This document shows, one piece after another, positions 9,024-16,455 of a stretch of 64,000 nt of DNA. Positions within the stretch are counted from its first letter, which is position 1, and each line of letters begins with the position of its first letter. The notes below the pieces were generated by a model. The model saw nothing but the letters and a program-made list of their open reading frames with translations. It was not told the origin of the DNA and searched no databases. The translations under genes were made by a program, and so were the position numbers. Source of the stretch: Prochloraceae cyanobacterium (GTDB lineage: Bacteria > Cyanobacteriota > Cyanobacteriia > Cyanobacteriales > JASJDA01); contig JASJDA010000001.1 in NCBI GenBank assembly GCA_030065755.1, forward strand, positions 24,822 to 88,821. Reading direction: 5' to 3'.

Positions 9024-11060
9024 ATGAGTAAGTTGCCACACGACCGAAAAAGTAAAATTGAATATTGGCAAGATATCCCCTGGAAACGGGCGGAAAAAGT
9101 CGTATTCTCTCTCCAGAGACGGATTTATCAAGCTAGTCAACGTGGCGATGTCAAAGCTATCCGCAGGCTACAAAAACTACTGCTCCGAAGCTTTTTCGCT
9201 AAGGCAATAGCGGTTAGGAGGGTAACACAGGACAATCAGGGCAAGAAAACGGCAGGGATTGACGGGATTAAATCCCTAAACCCCAAACAACGTCTAGAAC
9301 TGGTATACACGCTCAACCCACTAACGGGCAAAGCCAAATCTGTACGTAGAGTATGGATACCAAAACCTGGCAAAGGGTCGCGCCCGCTCGGAGGTTCCCT
9401 CCGAGTAAGGACGCACCAAGAAGACGAAAAGAGACCGCTAGGGATTCCAACCATGGAAGACCGCGCTAGGCAATGCTTAGTGAAACTTGCCCTTGAACCT
9501 GAATGGGAAGCTCGTTTTGAACCAAATTCCTATGGTTTTAGACCTGGTAGAAGTTGTCAGGACGCTATAGAAGCAATATTTAACGCACTACGCTATAAAA
9601 CAGCCTATGTGATAGATGCCGACATAGCCAAATGTTTTGACAAGATAAACCACAACATCCTACTTAAAAAACTTAATACCTTCCCTGCCATGAGAAGGCA
9701 GATAAAAGCCTGGCTTACTTCGGAAATAAAGGATGGATTTGAATTATTTCCGTCAAAAGAAGGTACCCCACAAGGTGGAGTGATTTCACCCCTATTAGCA
9801 AACATCGCATTACACGGGTTAGAAAAATGCCTCAAAACTTGGATAAGAGGAAAAACCTTAAGATATCCAAACGGAAGGACAATGGCTCTCAAACATAGAG
9901 AGCAAACACTCGGAGTAATAAGATATGCAGATGATTTCGTAATCATACATAAAGATATAGAAATCATAAAAGAGGCAAAAGAAATCACAAAAACATGGTT
10001 ATCAAACTTAGGGCTAGAACTAAAACCAGAAAAAACTAGAATTTGTCACACCTTCAACTGGCATGAAAAAGAAAAACCAGGATTTGATTTTCTTGGATTT
10101 AACATCCGACATTACAAAACTGGAAGACATCATGCCAACAAGACAACAAAAGGAGAAATTAAACCCTATACCCTTCACATCAAACCGACCAAAGAAGCCT
10201 GTCTAAAACATTACAGGGAAATCTCCTTGATTATAGACAGACTCAAAGCAGCCAAGCAAGAAGTACTAATAAGTAAACTAAACTCCATAATCAGAGGATG
10301 GTCTAACTACTATAGATACTCTGTATGTAGTGAAATCTTTAACAAGATAGACTACCAAATCTTTTGGAAACTCAAAAAGTGGGCAGACAAAAGACATCCC
10401 AATAAAACTTGGAAATTCAAAAAACCGAAATATTGGAAAACCATAGAAAACAACAACTGGGTTTTCACAAACGGTAAAAGTAGTCTCATCAAACACAAGA
10501 AAAACTACGATGAGACGAAAAACAAAACCAGGAAAAAGGGAAGAAAGAATCAAGGGGAGATATTCAAAAAGGTACAAGATGTACGCTCTCCATACGATGG
10601 GGATACAATTTATTGGAGCAGCAGATTAGGCAAACACCCAAATATGCCCACAAGTAAAGCCAAATTACTTAAATGGGAAGACGGGAAATGCCCACACTGC
10701 GGATTAAATTTCAAGCATGAAGACGTAATGGAAATCGACCATATCACCCCACGCAAAGCTGGGGGTGGCAGTAGTTACAAAAATCTCCAACTTCTTCACA
10801 GACATTGCCATGACGAAAAAACGAGGGAAGATTTTAAACTGATTGCTGAGTACCAAAACCGCAAGGAATTAGAAAAGCAACACAATAAATCTATCAAATG
10901 GTTCAATGACTTATTCTCACAAGAGAAGTGGAAATGGATTAATGACACCCCTGTTTTGATTAGTGTTCGTGACAAGAATCATGTTTCTGAGGAGCCGTAT
11001 GAGGTGAAAGTCTCACGTACGGTTTTGAAGACGAGTAGGAGGGGTGACTCTCTTACTTAG
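9024..11060 (+). CDS. Group II intron reverse transcriptase/maturase with a C-terminal HNH endonuclease domain
   Basis: RT motifs RPLGIPTMEDRARQ, FRPGRSCQDA and YADDFVI; maturase-X RGWSNYY; HNH CPHCG...DHITPRKAGG...LLHRHCHDEKT. The ATG at 9024 is in frame with the track ORF. Confidence 0.93.
   Translation: MSKLPHDRKSKIEYWQDIPWKRAEKVVFSLQRRIYQASQRGDVKAIRRLQKLLLRSFFAKAIAVRRVTQDNQGKKTAGIDGIKSLNPKQRLELVYTLNPLTGKAKSVRRVWIPKPGKGSRPLGGSLRVRTHQEDEKRPLGIPTMEDRARQCLVKLALEPEWEARFEPNSYGFRPGRSCQDAIEAIFNALRYKTAYVIDADIAKCFDKINHNILLKKLNTFPAMRRQIKAWLTSEIKDGFELFPSKEGTPQGGVISPLLANIALHGLEKCLKTWIRGKTLRYPNGRTMALKHREQTLGVIRYADDFVIIHKDIEIIKEAKEITKTWLSNLGLELKPEKTRICHTFNWHEKEKPGFDFLGFNIRHYKTGRHHANKTTKGEIKPYTLHIKPTKEACLKHYREISLIIDRLKAAKQEVLISKLNSIIRGWSNYYRYSVCSEIFNKIDYQIFWKLKKWADKRHPNKTWKFKKPKYWKTIENNNWVFTNGKSSLIKHKKNYDETKNKTRKKGRKNQGEIFKKVQDVRSPYDGDTIYWSSRLGKHPNMPTSKAKLLKWEDGKCPHCGLNFKHEDVMEIDHITPRKAGGGSSYKNLQLLHRHCHDEKTREDFKLIAEYQNRKELEKQHNKSIKWFNDLFSQEKWKWINDTPVLISVRDKNHVSEEPYEVKVSRTVLKTSRRGDSLT
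10992..11025 (+). ncRNA. Group II intron domain V (catalytic hairpin)
   Basis: A 34-nt hairpin with the AGC triad, a GAAA-type tetraloop and a 2-nt bulge on the 3' strand. Confidence 0.9.
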
Positions 11061-11066
11061 TTTAAT

Positions 11067-11198
11067 AACAGCATCCGCGCTGAAACGATGACTTATCTAA
11101 TTGATGAAGGACGCTTTATTGCGACTCCCAAAGCCGATCGACAGGTAGAATCAACTTACATAATTTCCGATCCACAAGCAGCAACCCAGGAGCAATAA
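11067..11198 (+). CDS. lptA: LptA/OstA-like protein, exon 2
   Basis: Splicing 8240 to 11067 gives ...VLQEG|NSIRAETMTYLIDEGRFIATPKADRQVESTYIISDP..., a continuous OstA-like sequence ending at TAA 11196-11198. Confidence 0.75.
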   Translation, partial: NSIRAETMTYLIDEGRFIATPKADRQVESTYIISDPQAATQEQ

Positions 11199-11220
11199 AC
11201 CTCCCCTATACTCTCTATAT

Positions 11221-11313
11221 AGGGGTAAAAGAGGGAGAGGGGGAGAGAGGGAGAGGGGGACCAGGGGAGAATAACAAAGAGCTAACAGCCAACAGCCAAC
11301 AGCTAACAGCTAA
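11221..11313. repeat. Composite intergenic repeat: GGGAGAG-type purine tract plus AGCYAAC heptamers
   Basis: Direct reading. A closely similar copy in the opposite orientation lies at 33084-33186. Confidence 0.85.
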
Positions 11314-11325
11314 ATAACAAATACG

Positions 11326-12054
11326 GTGACAATTGTACTAGAGAACATTCATAAATCCTACGGCAATCGATTAGTCGTTAATCGAGTCAATATCAGAGTT
11401 TCACAAGGAGAAATTGTCGGACTATTAGGTCCAAATGGAGCAGGAAAAACTACCGTCTTTTATATTGCTACGGGTTTAATTAAGCCAAATGAAGGTAGAG
11501 TATGGCTTGGCGATCGCGATATTACTCCTTTAGCGATCGACTTGCGCGCTCATTTAGGAATCAGTTATCTTCCCCAGCAAGCCAGTATTTTTCGCAATCT
11601 AAGCGTCAAGGAAAATATCCAACTGGTCTTAGAGCAAAGCAAGATATCTTCAAAAGAAAGAACCAAACGCTTGCATCAATTAATACAGGAGTTTCGTCTA
11701 GAAACAATAGCTGGCACAAAAGGGACTATGATATCGGGTGGAGAAAGGCGAAGAACAGAACTAGCAAGAGCTTTAGCCGTAGGAAAACACGGGCCAAAAT
11801 TTCTATTTTTAGACGAACCTTTTGCTGGAGTCGATCCGATCGCCGTTTCAGAAATTCAAAAAATTATCGCTCAGTTACGGGAGAGGCACATAGGTATACT
11901 CATTACAGATCACAATGTGCGAGAAACTCTGGAAATTACCGATCGCGCCTACATTATGCGCGATGGAGAAATTCTAGCATCAGGTGACGCAGAAGAACTT
12001 TATCGCGATGCTTTGGTGCGCAAGTACTATCTAGGAGATCGATTTAAAATCTAG
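11326..12054 (+). CDS. lptB: LPS export ABC transporter ATP-binding protein
   Basis: Walker A GPNGAGKTT, signature SGGERRR, Walker B FLFLDEP. Size (242 aa) and the C-terminal VRKYYLG are typical of LptB. The start is GTG. Confidence 0.9.
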   Translation: MTIVLENIHKSYGNRLVVNRVNIRVSQGEIVGLLGPNGAGKTTVFYIATGLIKPNEGRVWLGDRDITPLAIDLRAHLGISYLPQQASIFRNLSVKENIQLVLEQSKISSKERTKRLHQLIQEFRLETIAGTKGTMISGGERRRTELARALAVGKHGPKFLFLDEPFAGVDPIAVSEIQKIIAQLRERHIGILITDHNVRETLEITDRAYIMRDGEILASGDAEELYRDALVRKYYLGDRFKI

Positions 12055-12063
12055 TTATGTTAA

Positions 12064-13230
12064 ATGAAAACAGATAAATTTAAATTAATTAGGTTCAAAG
12101 TTCCTGGTTTGTCGGTGATGGATCGCTACATTATCGCCGAATTGACCCCACCTTTCCTATTTGGAATGGGTTTATTCACTTCTTTAGGATTGTCAATTGG
12201 TGCTCTATTTTACTTAGTGCGCCAAATCTCGGAGTCGGATCTATTACTTACTACTGCGCTCGAAATCCTATTTTTAAAAATGCCAGAATTTATAGTTTTA
12301 GCCTTTCCTATGTCCGTGCTTCTGGCAACTTTGATGGGATATAGTCGTCTTTCTAGCGACAGCGAAATAATTGCTTTGCGCAGCAGTGGTATTAGAATTT
12401 ATCGGCTCGTTCTTCCTGCTATTGCTTTGAGTCTTTTGATAGTTAGTTTGACTTTTCTGGGTAAAGATTTTATTGCACCAGCTAGTAACTATCAAGCCTC
12501 TATAACCTTAGATCGGGCGCTAAAAAGGGTTAAACCATCCTATATAGATAGAAACATCATTTACCCAGAATATGAAAAAGTCATCCAAGACAATAAGAAA
12601 AAACATACTGTCTTAAACCGCCTTTTTTACGCCGCAGAATTCGACGGTCATTACATGAAAGGTCTGACCATTCTCGATCGCTCCCAGAAAGGAATTAATC
12701 GAATTGTCACTGCCGATCGTGCAACTTGGAATGTCGATTTAAAAAATTGGCATTTTTACAAAGGAACTGTTTACACGATCGCCTCCAATGGAACCTATAG
12801 CGACATCGATCGCTTTGAAGAACAAACACTCAAACTATCCAAAGCACCTCTGGAATTAGCCAAAAGAGGTCTCCACTACGACCAAATGAATATTTTGCAA
12901 GCAATAGATTATTTGAACGTAGTGCGATTGAGCGGCGATCGGCAGAAAATTCGCCAGCTTCAAGTTAAAATTCAAGAAAAAATAGCTTTTCCTTTCGTTT
13001 GTCTTATTTTTGCTTTGGTCGGTGCAGCTATAGGACTCAAACCGCAAAATACAGGGAAAGTCACAAGTTTCGGAATCTGTATTATACTAATTTTTTCTTA
13101 TCATTTGTTATCATTTCTCAGCAGTTCAATGGGAATCTGGGGAATAGTTTCTCCCTTTGTAGCTGCTTGGTTACCTAATTTTCTCGGGTTAGGAGTCGGG
13201 GTTTGGCTGTCGAGTAACTCATCTAAGTAA
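12064..13230 (+). CDS. LptF/LptG-family (YjgP/YjgQ) permease
   Basis: MDRYIIAELTPPFLFGMGLF is the canonical YjgP/YjgQ N-terminus. The protein has several TM segments and a central periplasmic domain, and follows lptB. Confidence 0.88.
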   Translation: MKTDKFKLIRFKVPGLSVMDRYIIAELTPPFLFGMGLFTSLGLSIGALFYLVRQISESDLLLTTALEILFLKMPEFIVLAFPMSVLLATLMGYSRLSSDSEIIALRSSGIRIYRLVLPAIALSLLIVSLTFLGKDFIAPASNYQASITLDRALKRVKPSYIDRNIIYPEYEKVIQDNKKKHTVLNRLFYAAEFDGHYMKGLTILDRSQKGINRIVTADRATWNVDLKNWHFYKGTVYTIASNGTYSDIDRFEEQTLKLSKAPLELAKRGLHYDQMNILQAIDYLNVVRLSGDRQKIRQLQVKIQEKIAFPFVCLIFALVGAAIGLKPQNTGKVTSFGICIILIFSYHLLSFLSSSMGIWGIVSPFVAAWLPNFLGLGVGVWLSSNSSK

Positions 13231-13313
13231 AAAATTAGATACATTATCAGTAAGAATGAGAAGAAAAGCTTATCATGAAACTGCTACGGTCAAATTATGG
13301 AGATTAGTTTAAT

Positions 13314-14513
13314 ATGCGGAAGTTAAATTTTACACACAAAAATATCAACTCTACTAAAAAAGTTACCCCTTTTGCTCGCTTTTTCAAAGCTAGATTAAAA
13401 CCTTTCACAAGACCAATGTTTTGGGCGCCTCCTAGTATTGCTGCATTGCTAGGAATTTGTATTTGGCAATATGTTAGAAATCCAGATTTACTCAATGCTG
13501 CTTCAGATCAACCAGAAACAGTGATCAATTACACAGAGAAAAGTTCTGAGGTGTCGGCAAACGAATCGGAGAACTATTCTTTGGACGATTTGGCGGCAGG
13601 TGCTGATATAGACAATCTCCAAACCCTTTTAACAACATTAAATCGTTCCGAAAATACTAAAAAATCAAGGCGGAAAAAAGCGAAGAATAATCAAACATCT
13701 AGCTCATTGCCGTCAGAAAAAGAAACTCAAATAAAAACAGCTAAAGATTTTTTTGGCAGCTCAATTGAAGATTTGATCGAAAGAGCTAATCCCAAAGATC
13801 CTAATTCAGTTTTCAAGCAAGAAGAAACGCAATCTTTCCTATCTAACTCTTCAGTTAAACCAATCGAAGTTTTAAAAAATAATAATTCTTCAGTAAATAG
13901 GGAAAATCACTTGCAAACTTCTATAGATGAATTATTGCCTGTCAACTCTGGTTTAAACTCTAATCCATCAACAACGGCAACTTCAAACAATAGGAATATT
14001 GTAACTGAGAACAATAATATTAATAATTTATTGTCAAACCAGCTGGTATTTAGCAATAATAATCCCTATTATCGTAGCAATAATCCCCAGGGAGTAAATC
14101 AATACAATCAACAGTTATTACTAAACAATAACCCTTTAGCTAATTCCCAAAATGGAATAAGATCTAATAACCAAAGCTTTAATCAGTTCAATTCCAGTAT
14201 ATTCCCTACCAACACCGGATTAACTAACAACACAAATATACTGCAATCGAATCCTACACAACAAAATCAATTTAACCAATCTGTTTTCGCCAATCCTACA
14301 CTGAGACAAAATCAGTTAGTTCAACCTGGCTTAAGAAATTCCCTGATACAGAATCAATTAGATCCCGCAACTTTACAAAATCAATGGACTCAAAGCCAAT
14401 ATACTAATAGCAATCAGGTATGGCAACAAAACGACGCTATTAGATCCTATTACAATAGTTCTCCATTTCAAAGTTCTCCATTCCAACAAAATCAAACAAG
14501 AGTACTATACTAA
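13314..14513 (+). CDS. Membrane-anchored protein with a long Asn/Gln/Ser-rich low-complexity C-terminal region
   Basis: One N-terminal hydrophobic segment (MFWAPPSIAALLGICIWQYV) is followed by about 250 aa dominated by N, Q, S and T with recurring NNP/NQ/QNQ motifs. Confidence 0.6.
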   Translation: MRKLNFTHKNINSTKKVTPFARFFKARLKPFTRPMFWAPPSIAALLGICIWQYVRNPDLLNAASDQPETVINYTEKSSEVSANESENYSLDDLAAGADIDNLQTLLTTLNRSENTKKSRRKKAKNNQTSSSLPSEKETQIKTAKDFFGSSIEDLIERANPKDPNSVFKQEETQSFLSNSSVKPIEVLKNNNSSVNRENHLQTSIDELLPVNSGLNSNPSTTATSNNRNIVTENNNINNLLSNQLVFSNNNPYYRSNNPQGVNQYNQQLLLNNNPLANSQNGIRSNNQSFNQFNSSIFPTNTGLTNNTNILQSNPTQQNQFNQSVFANPTLRQNQLVQPGLRNSLIQNQLDPATLQNQWTQSQYTNSNQVWQQNDAIRSYYNSSPFQSSPFQQNQTRVLY

Positions 14514-14634
14514 TACATCTAGAGGGCATACGCCCTCGCTCTTCAACAAAAATATTAGTTCTGGCGATCGACTCAAGCAAACATTTCACTTAGTTTAGTC
14601 GATCGCTCTTCAATAATTACGAGTAAAGTTGAAT

Positions 14635-15402
14635 ATGAAACCGTTTTTATTCGTAACAGATTTAGATAATACTTTAGTAGGGGACGATCGAGCTTTAGAA
14701 ACTCTCAATCAAAAGCTTCACAAACATCGCCAAGAATACGGAACTAAAATAGTTTACGCAACAGGACGATCGCTTTACCTCTACAGACAACTAACCACCC
14801 AAAAACAACTTTTACAACCAGATGCTCTTCTAACCTCGGTTGGAACTGAAATTTACTTTAACCCCACAACCCATACTGTAGATGTTGAATGGGCACAAAT
14901 GCTTTCTCAAGGATGGGATCGGGAAAAAATTGTAGCTACAGGTCGCAATTTTGCCGATCTGGTTCTCCAACCTAAATCAGAACAAAATTCTTTTAAAGTT
15001 AGTTATTATCTAACCGATCGAGCTGCTGTCAAAGTTATTCCTAGATTTAAATCTTCTTTATCAGATAAAGGGTTAAATGTCAAGTTTATCTACAGTGCTG
15101 GCAAAGATTTAGACGTGCTTCCCTCTCAAGGAGATAAGGGTTTAGCTTTACAATTTTTACGTCAGAAATGGAAAGTTAATGCCCAGCAAACCTCAGTTTG
15201 TGGCGACTCTGGTAACGATATTGCTCTATTTACTAGACAAGAGAGGGGAATAATTGTGGGAAATGCCAAACCCGAATTGCGTCAGTGGTACCGAGAAAAT
15301 CAAACAGATTATCGCTATCTAGCTACAGCTCATTATGCAGGTGGTATTCTAGAAGGACTAAAACATTTTAACTTTTTTACTTCAAGCGATGGTAGCAAAT
15401 AA
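14635..15402 (+). CDS. spp: Sucrose-phosphate phosphatase (HAD superfamily)
   Basis: FVTDLDNTLVG is HAD motif I; ATGRS and GDSGNDIALF are motifs II and IV. The overall SPP-like sequence ends in GILEGLKHF. Confidence 0.85.
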   Translation: MKPFLFVTDLDNTLVGDDRALETLNQKLHKHRQEYGTKIVYATGRSLYLYRQLTTQKQLLQPDALLTSVGTEIYFNPTTHTVDVEWAQMLSQGWDREKIVATGRNFADLVLQPKSEQNSFKVSYYLTDRAAVKVIPRFKSSLSDKGLNVKFIYSAGKDLDVLPSQGDKGLALQFLRQKWKVNAQQTSVCGDSGNDIALFTRQERGIIVGNAKPELRQWYRENQTDYRYLATAHYAGGILEGLKHFNFFTSSDGSK

Positions 15403-15405
15403 TTC

Positions 15406-16050
15406 CTATATTGTCTGTCGATAGGTATACATAAATATACCTATCGAGCTTAAAGTTAATAATCCCAAAATCATGCTAGGTTCAGGTACAGAACTAATTT
15501 GAAAATCAAAAGCATAGCTGGTTTTGCCAGCAGTTTCTTGATGCCAGAAAGTATAGCTTCCAGAACCAAGTCCCCCTTGAAATCCTTTACCGCCAAGAAG
15601 AGCTTGTCCTAAATCATCTAATACGTCATCTCCCAGTCGATTTCCATCTACTGCACCTATTAAAGCACTACCTAACAAATCACTATCATCAACGATCGAA
15701 AAAATTTCCCGACCTTCTGATACAGCAAAGAAGGATTGACTCAAACGAATATCATCCTCATTGCTGTAACTTTCAAGAAGAATAGCAGTAAGTGCTCGAC
15801 CGTCAGGAATAGTTAAAGACCAAAAATCTGGGTCTTCTGGTGCAGTATCTGAAGGATTTATGTTGGGCAGAGTTGTACCTTTGACAATATTCGAGCCTAG
15901 TGAAATTGACCTCAAAAGTGTAATTTCAGTTGGCATTAAATTGTTGTTAGACAAATCTCCATCAAAACTTTCATCATATATAACTGCCGCATTGGCACTA
16001 AACGTCAAACCCAATGTTGTTATCAGGGTAATTATTGAATACTTAATCAT
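15406..16050 (-). CDS. PEP-CTERM sorting-domain secreted protein
   Basis: An N-terminal signal peptide, and a C-terminal VPEPS followed by a TM helix and a basic tail (SSVPEPSMILGLLTLSSIGIFMYTYRQTI). Confidence 0.8.
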   Translation of the reverse strand: MIKYSIITLITTLGLTFSANAAVIYDESFDGDLSNNNLMPTEITLLRSISLGSNIVKGTTLPNINPSDTAPEDPDFWSLTIPDGRALTAILLESYSNEDDIRLSQSFFAVSEGREIFSIVDDSDLLGSALIGAVDGNRLGDDVLDDLGQALLGGKGFQGGLGSGSYTFWHQETAGKTSYAFDFQISSVPEPSMILGLLTLSSIGIFMYTYRQTI

Positions 16051-16455
16051 AATAAGCTAATTGAGTGGTTGGCGAGCGAGCTGTTAACGAGCGCGGCATT
16101 CATCTATATTAAATAGTGGGATCGCCAAGTTTAAAAATAGTTACCAAAAATACATTTAAGTTAACATTGAGTAAATAAAAGTTTACATTTAACGAATTTA
16201 CCAGCAAAATTGATAAAGTTATATTACGCCGAGCTTAAAAGATTATTATATTTGACAATAATTCTGATAACTGCTAATTGGGCAACAAGTTTATCTGCAA
16301 TTATTTCCTCAGTCAATTTGCAGTATTCAATAGACATAAAAACTCAAGATAAATGAGCTAATATTGTCTCTAGATAAGAAAGTTTTACTAATCTTTAACG
16401 TGACGATAGAGATAAATATGGAATAATAATTGAATAATTTAAAATTCGGATAGAT

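Larger units (their letters stand above)
8241..11066 (+). mobile_element. Group II intron with an intron-encoded protein (bacterial/chloroplast-like type)
   Basis: The 5' end is GTGCG at 8241. Domain V at 10992-11025 (GAGCCGTATGAGGTGAAAGTCTCACGTACGGTTT) is near-identical to the consensus. A DVI-like helix follows, with an A 7 nt from an AT 3' end. The length of 2826 nt (3 x 942) restores the lptA frame. EBS1 is the hairpin loop ACCTTT at 8743-8748, complementary (one G-U) to the exon-1 end GAAGGT. EBS2 is GAAGTA at 8641-8646, complementary to exon TACTTC at 8227-8232. Confidence 0.92.

Noticed and set aside
9024-11060. Reverse transcriptase considered as a retron, DGR or defence-associated RT
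   Set aside because: It lies inside a canonical group II intron RNA, with a GTGCG 5' end, a consensus domain V and EBS/IBS pairing. It has the maturase-X and HNH domains typical of intron-encoded proteins. No msr/msd-like or template/variable repeat pair is seen.
11502-11987. 161-aa ORF in an alternative frame
   Set aside because: It lies entirely inside lptB, which has unambiguous ABC-ATPase motifs. The product is Arg/Ser-rich and low-complexity, typical of an off-frame artefact.
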